This document shows, piece by piece, positions 9,559-16,059 of a stretch of DNA of 64,000 bases; position 1 is the first letter of the stretch; each line of letters opens with the position of its first letter. The notes below the pieces were generated by a model, which saw nothing but the letters and a program-made list of their open reading frames with translations, was not told the origin of the DNA and did no database searches. Both the position numbers and the translations under genes were made by a program. Source of the stretch: a virus; the IMG/VR virus record IMGVR_UViG_3300027804_000039, positions 32,001 through 96,000 of that record; one strand, given 5' to 3'.

Positions 9559-10493
9559 ATGCTTTTGGGCATCTCAGTCCAAAAATATTTAGATACTAAT
9601 TGTGCCATTTCGTTATCACCAAAAACGGACGGTGCTGTTAGTACTGTCTCTTTTGTTGCCAAATCCACAAGTTTAATATCCCCATGAATACGATTATCAA
9701 CAAACTCTATTTGATGTGTTTTGTTAATCAATCTATTATTCGTTTGTCCTTGTTTTAGATGAAATATCATAGATGCAAATTTATCTGAATTCCAACTAAA
9801 AAGTTCTTCGTCATCTCTAACAATGTATACCGTTTCACTTCTGTGAACAAAATCACAATGAAAATTGCCTAACGTTGTACTAGGGCTTGGTAGTTTCCAG
9901 TCAATAAGAAAACAAGGCAGTCTTAATAAATGCGATAAGTGTGCCATACCGCCTTCATAACTTATGATTGCCTTACAATGTTTGGCCAAAATCTCAATTT
10001 TAGTTTCAAGATCAAATCCTGAACGGTCTACAGTGATTACTTCATAGTCCATGGACTTTAGCCAACCAAAGATTCGTTGCCAGTATTCTAAATCTCTACG
10101 CTTACACCAAGGCCATTGTGTTATATCTGCGCCTTCGGGTGGAGTTTCATAAAACCCTGCAACGGCTATACACTTTTTCTCTGTTGTGTGATCAATTTTA
10201 ATGACCTGTCCGTTTACATAAACAAACATTGGCCTGTAGTAATTTGTAAATAATTTAAAAGGCCATCCAGTGTTAGGAAATTTTCCGTTGCCGGACGTTT
10301 GTTTTACTTCTAAATTACCTTTTGGAATTCTAAATATCTGAGAATATTTTTTTAGTTTATCAAAAGTCTCGTGGTCATTAGAAGTATACAAATTTACCTT
10401 GTCAGGAATATTTGCAAGAGCAGATAACAGGCAAAGATTGTCCCCTAGACCAACACTATGCTTGTTGTCTATGTGAACATTAATTTCTGGCAT
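9555..10493 (-). CDS. Putative glycosyltransferase (GT9/heptosyltransferase-like)
   Basis: GLGDNL start motif and ISYEGGMAHLSHLL resembling the GT9 DSG..HLA motif. Confidence 0.5.
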   Translation of the reverse strand: MPEINVHIDNKHSVGLGDNLCLLSALANIPDKVNLYTSNDHETFDKLKKYSQIFRIPKGNLEVKQTSGNGKFPNTGWPFKLFTNYYRPMFVYVNGQVIKIDHTTEKKCIAVAGFYETPPEGADITQWPWCKRRDLEYWQRIFGWLKSMDYEVITVDRSGFDLETKIEILAKHCKAIISYEGGMAHLSHLLRLPCFLIDWKLPSPSTTLGNFHCDFVHRSETVYIVRDDEELFSWNSDKFASMIFHLKQGQTNNRLINKTHQIEFVDNRIHGDIKLVDLATKETVLTAPSVFGDNEMAQLVSKYFWTEMPKSI

Positions 10494-10725
10494 TCTTTTT
10501 TTCTAAATATGTTTGACAGTCAATACACATTCTACAACCACTAATAGCCTGTTGTCTAGCCTTGGGAATCTCTTCCCCGCACTCTTCACAATGGCTTAGA
10601 CTAGGCCCTTTACCAATCTTTGCTCTAATGGCATCGACTGCGGCCGTGTTTCGCTGTAGTGCAAGAATCTGTGCAATTTCTGCTTCTTCTTCGTTATTAC
10701 TTTCAAAAGTCTCTAAATCAGACAT
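10480..10725 (-). CDS. TraR/DksA C4 zinc-finger protein
   Basis: CEECGEEIPKARQQAISGCRMCIDCQ. Confidence 0.9.
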   Translation of the reverse strand: MSDLETFESNNEEEAEIAQILALQRNTAAVDAIRAKIGKGPSLSHCEECGEEIPKARQQAISGCRMCIDCQTYLEKKNARN

Positions 10726-10740
10726 CTATGCTTCCTTGTT

Positions 10741-10815
10741 TGGTACCTGGACACGGTTTCGAACCGCGGACCTTCGCCGTGTAAAGGCGTTGCTCTACCC
10801 CTGAGCTATCCAGGC
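10741..10815 (-). tRNA. tRNA-Val(UAC)
   Basis: Cloverleaf, loop UU-UAC-AC, encoded CCA. Confidence 0.92.
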
Positions 10816-10816
10816 A

Positions 10817-11035
10817 TTATTTAATTTTTCGAATATACTCTTTTCCAATTTTGCCTTCTTCAAATTCTAGAAGTGCTGTAACTGGAGTATGTCTGTGTTC
10901 AAAACGTTCGCTTGAACTTTGTTGTCTTTTAATTTCTCTTGCACGGGCTGCGGCCATTAGTACTAGTTCAAAGCGATTGCCGCCTGCATTTTCTACGCAC
11001 AAGTCCATGTCAATATTTGCGCTACGTTCACTCAT
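10817..11035 (-). CDS. rpoZ: RNA polymerase omega subunit-like protein
   Basis: NRFELVLMAAARAREI...PVTALLEFEEGKI matches the omega core; promoter TTGACA-17-TACAAT at 11054-11082. Confidence 0.85.
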   Translation of the reverse strand: MSERSANIDMDLCVENAGGNRFELVLMAAARAREIKRQQSSSERFEHRHTPVTALLEFEEGKIGKEYIRKIK

Positions 11036-11086
11036 AGATAACTCCAAAAATAAATTGTAACATACTTATCTATAAATGTCAACATC

Positions 11087-11161
11087 TGGCCTCGCCAACA
11101 GGAATCGAACCTGTATTTAATTCTTAGGAGGAACTCGTTCTATCCATTGAACTATAGCGAG
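11087..11161 (-). tRNA. tRNA-Arg(CCU)
   Basis: Cloverleaf, loop CU-CCU-AA, CCA. Confidence 0.92.
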
Positions 11162-11166
11162 CTGTT

Positions 11167-11265
11167 TGGTGCCTCTGGCAGGACTCGAACCTGCACACTC
11201 AGGCTTATCTGGCCTGTGCTTTGGCGAGGTATAAGCTCGCTTCTTTACCATTAAGCTACAGAGGC
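11167..11265 (-). tRNA. tRNA-Ile(UAU) with 29-nt variable region
   Basis: GCGAG-CU-UAU-AC-CUCGC anticodon arm; long variable hairpin; 99 nt; CCA. Confidence 0.8.
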
Positions 11266-11270
11266 ATGAT

Positions 11271-11344
11271 TGGTTGCGGGTCCCGGAATCGAACCAGGAT
11301 CTAGAGCTTATGAGACTCTTGAGTTACCGTTTCTCTAACCCGCG
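11271..11344 (-). tRNA. tRNA-Met(CAU), initiator-like
   Basis: C1:A72 mismatch, CGCGGG start, loop CU-CAU-AA; lacks the three GC anticodon-stem pairs. Confidence 0.85.
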
Positions 11345-11352
11345 ATTGAAAT

Positions 11353-11429
<77 letters not shown>

Positions 11430-11436
11430 ATTAAAC

Positions 11437-11509
11437 TGGAGCGGGTAGTCGGATTCGAACCGGCTTCATTAGCTTGGAAGGCTAAGTCCTCTCCCAGGAG
11501 AATACCCGC
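11437..11509 (-). tRNA. tRNA-Gly(UCC)
   Basis: Loop CU-UCC-AA, U73, CCA. Confidence 0.9.
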
Positions 11510-11513
11510 ATAA

Positions 11514-11603
11514 TTTATGTAAACACACTCCGCACTTTTCGCAACGGTGGTGTGCAGTCCTTCCAACTTAGAACTATGTCTAAGCAAAGTGTGTTTACAT
11601 AAA
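11514..11603 (-). ncRNA. Unidentified structured RNA closed by a 16-bp perfect stem
   Basis: tttatgtaaacacact (11514-11529) / agtgtgtttacataaa (11588-11603). Confidence 0.45.
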
Positions 11604-11812
11604 GTGTCTAGCTACTCTCACCACAAGAGCCCTAAACTGGGTGGCCTACCCCGTCGACGTACTTTTCCATTTAGACAGGTTAGCGTCCCTGCCTTTGTGA
11701 TTTCTTAAGTCGCCCATGTAAGCGGGCCTTACGGTAGATCCAATGCACCGTGTCTTTTATGGTACAGACAATTGACCCCCGTTTACTAACGGCTACGGGA
11801 TGCCGGGTTATT

Positions 11813-11887
11813 TGGTGCTGGTTGTCGGATTTGAACTGACGACCTACTGCTTACAAGGCAGTTGCTCTACCCCTGAGCTAAACCAGC
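11813..11887 (-). tRNA. tRNA-Thr(UGU)
   Basis: Loop CU-UGU-AA, CCA. Confidence 0.92.
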
Positions 11888-11893
11888 GTAAAA

Positions 11894-12052
11894 TTATTTA
11901 ACTCTAGACTCAAGTGTTCTAATACGATTTAGAATTTTACCCTTGTCTTTAGCACGACTAGTTTTTTCTAACATATCTTTCAACTGCGTAATGCTCAATG
12001 GTCCTAAACGTGTTTTACCTGTTTTAGTTTTCATTGGATCTGCGTGTGACAT
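11894..12052 (-). CDS. Small basic hypothetical protein (52 aa, not in ORF track)
   Basis: MSHADPMKTKTGKTRLGPL...; SD GAGGA. Confidence 0.65.
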   Translation of the reverse strand: MSHADPMKTKTGKTRLGPLSITQLKDMLEKTSRAKDKGKILNRIRTLESRVK

Positions 12053-12069
12053 AATTTCCTCTTTTTGTT

Positions 12070-12145
12070 TGGTGGAGGTAAACGGGATCGAACCGATGAC
12101 CTTTAGCTTGCAAAGCTACTGCTCTCCCAGCTGAGCTATACCCCC
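12070..12145 (-). tRNA. tRNA-Ala(UGC)
   Basis: G3:U70, loop UU-UGC-AA. Confidence 0.93.
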
Positions 12146-12147
12146 AA

Positions 12148-12333
12148 TTAATCTGTTGTATCACCTTCTCCGTCCAAATCATAATATTCGTTTTTCATTA
12201 TAACTTGTTCGTCGAATTTCTCTGCGTCTGTCTTTTTATCTTTTTTAAAGATGTTATCGTAGTTATCACGATATGCATTAGTAACGCCTTTCGTTTGAAT
12301 TGCATCTCCTGTGATATCATTTTTTGCTACCAT
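12148..12333 (-). CDS. Small hypothetical protein (61 aa)
   Basis: MVAKNDITGD...YRDNYDNIF; SD GGAG. Confidence 0.7.
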   Translation of the reverse strand: MVAKNDITGDAIQTKGVTNAYRDNYDNIFKKDKKTDAEKFDEQVIMKNEYYDLDGEGDTTD

Positions 12334-12351
12334 CTTACTTCTCCGAATAAT

Positions 12352-12428
12352 TGGCTCCCCGAGCTGGGCTCGAACCAGCGACACCTTGATTAACAGTCAA
12401 GTGCTTCTACCAACTGAGCTATCAGGGA
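12352..12428 (-). tRNA. tRNA-Asn(GUU)
   Basis: Loop CU-GUU-AA, G73. Confidence 0.9.
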
Positions 12429-12439
12429 ACAGAAATTAT

Positions 12440-12628
12440 TTATTCACTGGTAGGAGTACCAGTTGTAAATCGTTCTTTCTTACTTGTCTTGGGAACAATG
12501 CTTGCAGAATGTTCTGCTTCGATGAACATTCTCTTCCAACCATTTCTATATTCATTAGTTCCACCCATTAGAGCAATCATGCGTTTTGCAGTCTTACTCA
12601 GTCTAAATGATGCAGTAGTCTTTGCCAT
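12440..12628 (-). CDS. Small basic hypothetical protein
   Basis: MAKTTASFRLSKTAKR..., SD AAGGA. Confidence 0.7.
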   Translation of the reverse strand: MAKTTASFRLSKTAKRMIALMGGTNEYRNGWKRMFIEAEHSASIVPKTSKKERFTTGTPTSE

Positions 12629-12645
12629 ACTTTTTCCTTTTAAAT

Positions 12646-12740
12646 TGGCAGTGAGTAAGGGATTCGAACCCTTGATCCCCGTTTTTGCAGGAATGCCTTC
12701 TTAGCAGGAAGGTGCCTTCGACCAGCTCGGCCAACTCACT
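12646..12740 (-). tRNA. tRNA-Ser(GCU)
   Basis: Long variable arm, loop CU-GCU-AA. Confidence 0.92.
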
Positions 12741-12747
12741 ATTATTC

Positions 12748-12832
12748 TGGTACGACTGGCCGGAATCGAACCGGCACGCCTTTCGGCGAGAGATTTTAAG
12801 TCTCTTGTGTCTACCTATTTCACCACAGTCGC
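12748..12832 (-). tRNA. tRNA-Leu(UAA)
   Basis: Long variable arm with GAAA loop, loop CU-UAA-AA. Confidence 0.93.
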
Positions 12833-12840
12833 ATTACAAA

Positions 12841-13041
12841 TTAAATTCTACGCTTCTTCCAGTCGTATGTAAAGCCGTTTGGCAATACACCTTCTACAAT
12901 TTCGTCAGCACCAAAGATGCCAACTAGCTCAAACTCTTTGCTCTTAATAGTTACATACTCATTCATTACTTTGGCTGTTTTCATAGCCTCGTCTAGAGTC
13001 ATAACATTAAAAGTTATATCTTTTCCTTTTACTTCATACAT
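12841..13041 (-). CDS. Small hypothetical protein
   Basis: MYEVKGKD...GVLPNGFTYDWKKRRI. Confidence 0.65.
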   Translation of the reverse strand: MYEVKGKDITFNVMTLDEAMKTAKVMNEYVTIKSKEFELVGIFGADEIVEGVLPNGFTYDWKKRRI

Positions 13042-13092
13042 ATTGTCGATTTCCTTTTCTTTTCCACACATCGCGACAACGACATTATTGAT

Positions 13093-13166
13093 TGGCATCC
13101 CGCCAGGGACTCGAACCCCGACCAACAGTTTTGGAGACTGGTATGCTGCCATTACACTAGCGAGAT
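13093..13166 (-). tRNA. tRNA-Trp(CCA)
   Basis: Loop CU-CCA-AA. Confidence 0.9.
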
Positions 13167-13173
13167 ATAAACT

Positions 13174-13250
13174 TGGCGACCTGTACCGGGCTCGAACCGG
13201 TGACCCCCGCCGTGACAGGGCGGTGCGCTGACCAACTGCGCTAACAGGCC
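13174..13250 (-). tRNA. tRNA-Asp(GUC)
   Basis: Loop CU-GUC-AC, G73. Confidence 0.93.
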
Positions 13251-13255
13251 AATAT

Positions 13256-13347
13256 TGGTGGAAGCGGTGAGATTCGAACTCACGGACCCTGTTAAGGATC
13301 GTCGGTTTTCAAGACCGGTGCAATAAACCAGACTCTGCCACACTTCC
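13256..13347 (-). tRNA. tRNA-Ser(UGA)
   Basis: Long variable arm, loop CU-UGA-AA. Confidence 0.92.
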
Positions 13348-13352
13348 ATTAT

Positions 13353-13435
13353 TGGTGCCCCAGGACGGACTCGAACCGTCACGCTCGCGCACTGGCTTCT
13401 AAGACCAGCGTGTCTACCAATTTCACCACCGGGGC
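13353..13435 (-). tRNA. tRNA-Leu(UAG)
   Basis: Loop CU-UAG-AA, variable arm. Confidence 0.92.
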
Positions 13436-13442
13436 ATAATTT

Positions 13443-13585
13443 CCATTTAGTAATAGCACAGTTTACTATTCTCACTCTACCCAATGTTGCTCTGCTACGC
13501 AGAAACAATTACTAGTATCATGGGCCCCGATTTGAACAAGGTTAGCCGTGTACATTGGCCTACGAGCTGTGCTATTACTAAATGG
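13443..13585 (-). ncRNA. Unidentified 143-nt RNA closed by a 19-bp perfect stem
   Basis: ccatttagtaatagcacag (13443-13461) / ctgtgctattactaaatgg (13567-13585); 5' end overlaps the CCA of tRNA-Glu. Confidence 0.5.
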
Positions 13586-13658
13586 TACTCGATAGGGGAA
13601 TCGAACCCCTCTTCCCACCGTGAAAGGGTGGTGTCCTAGACCGATAGACGAATCGAGC
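13583..13658 (-). tRNA. tRNA-Glu(UUC)
   Basis: Loop CU-UUC-AC. Confidence 0.92.
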
Positions 13659-13719
13659 AAATTAACTTTTGAATTTTTAACGAACGATTTTAGTCAGTTG
13701 TTTATCTAACTAAGTCTCT

Positions 13720-13748
13720 ATTATATAGCCTCTGCACACTCTTGTCAA
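13720..13748 (-). promoter_or_regulatory. Internal sigma70 promoter in tRNA array
   Basis: TTGACA-17-TATAAT. Confidence 0.85.
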
Positions 13749-13768
13749 TAATAAAGTGGCATTTTGGT

Positions 13769-13843
13769 TGGCCGGGCTTGCAGGAATCGAACCCACACCG
13801 CTTGTTTCGAAGACAAGCATGATATCCATTTCACCAAAGCCCG
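13769..13843 (-). tRNA. tRNA-Arg(UCG)
   Basis: Loop CU-UCG-AA. Confidence 0.88.
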
Positions 13844-13855
13844 AACGTATATTTA

Positions 13856-13930
13856 TGGCACCGCGAGTTGGACTCGAACCAACATCTTACGCTTTAGAAG
13901 AGCGTTGCCTATCCTTTAGACTATCGCGGT
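13856..13930 (-). tRNA. tRNA-Arg(UCU)
   Basis: Loop CU-UCU-AA. Confidence 0.92.
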
Positions 13931-13931
13931 A

Positions 13932-14008
13932 TGGTGCTCTTGAAGAGATTCGAACTCTTACTGTCAGCGACCTCAACGCTGTGCGTCTACCAATTGCGCC
14001 ACAAGAGC
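13932..14008 (-). tRNA. tRNA-Leu(GAG) with short variable loop
   Basis: CAGCG-UU-GAG-GU-CGCUG; Leu-type D arm; only ~5 nt variable region. Confidence 0.8.
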
Positions 14009-14009
14009 A

Positions 14010-14083
14010 TGGTGCTCTAGCCAAGAATCGAACTTGAAATACATTCTTACCAAGAATGCGTTATGCCATTTAACTACAAGAGC
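14010..14083 (-). tRNA. tRNA-Thr(GGU)
   Basis: Loop UU-GGU-AA. Confidence 0.9.
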
Positions 14084-14091
14084 AAATAAAT

Positions 14092-14193
14092 CGGGATGAG
14101 GTGCCTAAGACCGGGACTCGAACCCACGGCACACCCCCAAGCGGGCCGGCCTCGCGAGAATGGAGCGAGTAAGTTGTTTGCTGTAATCATCCC
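14092..14193 (-). ncRNA. CAGCAA-stem RNA copy D with T-loop-like hairpin
   Basis: GGGAUGA-UUA-CAGCAA...GGG-UUCGAGU-CCC...UCAUCCC-G. Confidence 0.75.
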
Positions 14194-14198
14194 TAAAC

Positions 14199-14318
14199 TG
14201 GTGGAGCCCCGTGGATTCGAACCACGATCACGTCCTTATGCATGGAATTTGTAAATTGCTGACTGTATCCTTGTCAGGATAACCTTTTTTACGTATGCTA
14301 CCATTACACCAGAGCTCC
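14199..14318 (-). ncRNA. tRNA-shaped RNA with the CAGCAA module in place of the anticodon loop (copy E)
   Basis: Acceptor GGAGCUC/GGGCUCC-ACCA, normal D and T arms; anticodon region holds UUAUCCU-GACA-AGGAUAC-AGU-CAGCAA. Confidence 0.8.
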
Positions 14319-14327
14319 AAAATAAAA

Positions 14328-14443
14328 CAGGATAGAATTTAACATAGTGCTACCGTTACACCAAACCTTTCGGCTGCGGAGTCGAACCGCTCCCTTACTT
14401 TTCAAGAGTAGTAGTTGTTATTAAATTTTGCTGTTACTATCCT
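14328..14443 (-). ncRNA. CAGCAA-stem RNA copy F, circularly permuted tRNA mimic
   Basis: AGGAUAG-UAA-CAGCAA; T arm GCGG-UUCGACU-CCGC; acceptor AGCC-GAAA-GGUU; D arm GUGUAACGGUAGCAC; CUAUCCU-G. Confidence 0.8.
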
Positions 14444-14448
14444 TAAAC

Positions 14449-14530
14449 TGGTACCCCTCCCCGGACTCGAACCGGGAGAAACTAACACTCCTTTTGAGAG
14501 AGCTGCCTTTACCAATTTGGCCAGAGGGGC
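14449..14530 (-). tRNA. tRNA-Leu(CAA)
   Basis: Loop CU-CAA-AA. Confidence 0.88.
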
Positions 14531-14540
14531 ATAAACTTGT

Positions 14541-14615
14541 TGGTAGTTCCTACTGGGATCGAACCAGTGACCCACACCATGTCAAGGTGTTGCGCTACCG
14601 CTACGCTAAGGAACT
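14541..14615 (-). tRNA. tRNA-Val(GAC)
   Basis: Loop UU-GAC-AU. Confidence 0.9.
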
Positions 14616-14793
14616 ATTGTTTGAACTTTTCTTTGACACGTTCTAATGCCTCTTTACGCATTAAATAAGAACGCTGTTCATTTATTTTATGAACATAGAT
14701 GTATTCGACACCGTCGATTATCTCAACTCTACGAGTGTCTTCACATATAAATTTATCGTTGTTCATGCGATTTTTAAATGTTACAGGTTTCAT
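14614..14793 (-). CDS. Small hypothetical protein (59 aa, not in ORF track)
   Basis: MKPVTFKNRMNNDKFICED...; SD AAGGAGAG. Confidence 0.65.
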   Translation of the reverse strand: MKPVTFKNRMNNDKFICEDTRRVEIIDGVEYIYVHKINEQRSYLMRKEALERVKEKFKQ

Positions 14794-14813
14794 AACACTC
14801 TCCTTGAATAAAA

Positions 14814-14927
14814 CGGGATACTATCGTTTTGACGAATGCTCTACCTAATGAGCTAAACTGGCATGAAGCCAACTGTTGGACTCGAACCAACTACCTATCG
14901 TTTGGATAGATTTGCTGTGAGTATCCC
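14814..14927 (-). ncRNA. CAGCAA-stem RNA copy G, circularly permuted tRNA mimic
   Basis: GGGAUAC-UCA-CAGCAA; T arm GUUGG-UUCGAGU-CCAAC; acceptor AGUUGGC-UUCAU-GCCAGUU; D arm GCUCAUUAGGUAGAGC; GUAUCCC-G. Confidence 0.82.
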
Positions 14928-14933
14928 TAAACT

Positions 14934-15008
14934 TGGAGCAGGATATCGGGTTCGAACCGATGACATTCTCGTTGGCAACGAGACATTCTACCACTGAATT
15001 AATCCTGC
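14934..15008 (-). tRNA. tRNA-Gly(GCC)
   Basis: Loop UU-GCC-AA, U73. Confidence 0.92.
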
Positions 15009-15009
15009 A

Positions 15010-15259
15010 TTGTCTAAAGAAAAAGAGCTCACAAAGTTTTGGTTTGCCGAAGCTGAGGCGACCTGATGTTACCGCACCACTTTATTTGTCTCGCCTAACA
15101 TGGAGCGATTCAATCTGTCAACGGACTCGCGCAGTACCACTATCCGCACATGTTCAGATCAGTTGTGATTTTTATAAAACCTTTAAGCCAGCCCTTCCGG
15201 AGCCATCTATCGTCCTTGCGGAACAACTATATCGCCTTGAGCACTTTTACTTTAGACAA
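15010..15259 (-). ncRNA. Unidentified ~250-nt structured RNA
   Basis: 10-bp closing stem ttgtctaaag/ctttagacaa; GCAA, GGAA and UUCG tetraloop hairpins on minus strand. Confidence 0.55.
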
Positions 15260-15319
15260 TTTATTTATAAATGCCAGGTTGTTCACCGCACAACCATGGC
15301 AAAGCGGGGGTCTGTTCTT

Positions 15320-15395
15320 TGGGGTGCTCTATGAGGATCGAACTCATACTCTCAAGGTCACAACATGATGTGCAGTCCACTACACTAAGAGCACC
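15320..15395 (-). tRNA. tRNA-His(GUG)
   Basis: G-1:C73, loop UU-GUG-AC, U-U mismatch in anticodon stem. Confidence 0.88.
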
Positions 15396-15402
15396 ATAGA
15401 AT

Positions 15403-15478
15403 TGGTAGTAACGGTCGGACTCGAACCGACGATAAACACCGTATGAAGGTGGTGCATTAGCCACTATGCTACGTTACC
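15403..15478 (-). tRNA. tRNA(CAU), elongator Met or Ile2
   Basis: Loop UU-CAU-AC; identity not resolvable by eye. Confidence 0.85.
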
Positions 15479-15483
15479 ATAAA

Positions 15484-15700
15484 GGATGACAACTAGATTC
15501 TTCCACCACATACATTGGAAGCATTATCCGCAAATTATGCCGGCTGCGGTTATGATAGTCAAGCTCTTTTACAGATAACTTGTTTTCTCTTAGGGTACAT
15601 AAGTAATAGTGCTACTTGTTTGCTACTAGGATAATTAGTCCCAACTCACAAGAATTTCGAGGCTCTTGCTTTCACACATCTCACACCTAATTGTCATTCG
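15484..15700 (-). ncRNA. Unidentified ~215-nt structured RNA
   Basis: Closing stem GAAUGACAA/UUGUCAUCC, several internal hairpins, no ORF. Confidence 0.4.
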
Positions 15701-15703
15701 TTA

Positions 15704-15778
15704 TGGTAGGGGCACAGAGAATCGAACTCTGATTAATAGGTTAAAAGCCTACTACTTTAGCCGTTAAGTTATACCCCC
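15704..15778 (-). tRNA. tRNA-Lys(UUU)
   Basis: Loop CU-UUU-AA. Confidence 0.92.
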
Positions 15779-15781
15779 ATA

Positions 15782-15857
15782 TGGTCCCTCCAGACGGATT
15801 CGAACCGTCACCTCATCGGGTAAGAGCCGAGTATGCTACCAGTAACACCTCGAAGGG
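15782..15857 (-). tRNA. tRNA-Lys(CUU)
   Basis: Loop CU-CUU-AC. Confidence 0.88.
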
Positions 15858-15917
15858 ATGATCCGTAATCATTTGATTTTACGTGCCATCCGGACCATAC
15901 GGGGATCGCGGATGACA

Positions 15918-15941
15918 CTAACGTTTACCTGAACGTTTCAT
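15918..15941 (-). other. Minigene MKRSGKR-UAG followed by a 10-bp hairpin
   Basis: AAGGAG-6nt-AUG; hairpin GUGUCAUCCG/CGGAUGGCAC; promoter TTGACA-17-TATAAT at 15963-15991. Confidence 0.45.
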
Positions 15942-16059
15942 GTCATTCTCCTTAAAAAACAAATTATATATTCATTTCAAATTCTTGTCAATGAACATAA
16001 TCAGTACTACGAGTAAAAGTAAAACAGCCACCGCCCCATGATTGTTCTCCTTAAAAAAA

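Noticed and set aside
14199-14318. Group I/II or BHB intron in a tRNA
   Set aside because: Insert is too short for a self-splicing intron, has no BHB motif, and no plausible 7-nt anticodon loop is regenerated; splicing is not formally excluded
15010-15259. RNase P RNA
   Set aside because: Lacks the GAGGAAAGUCC and other P4 consensus segments
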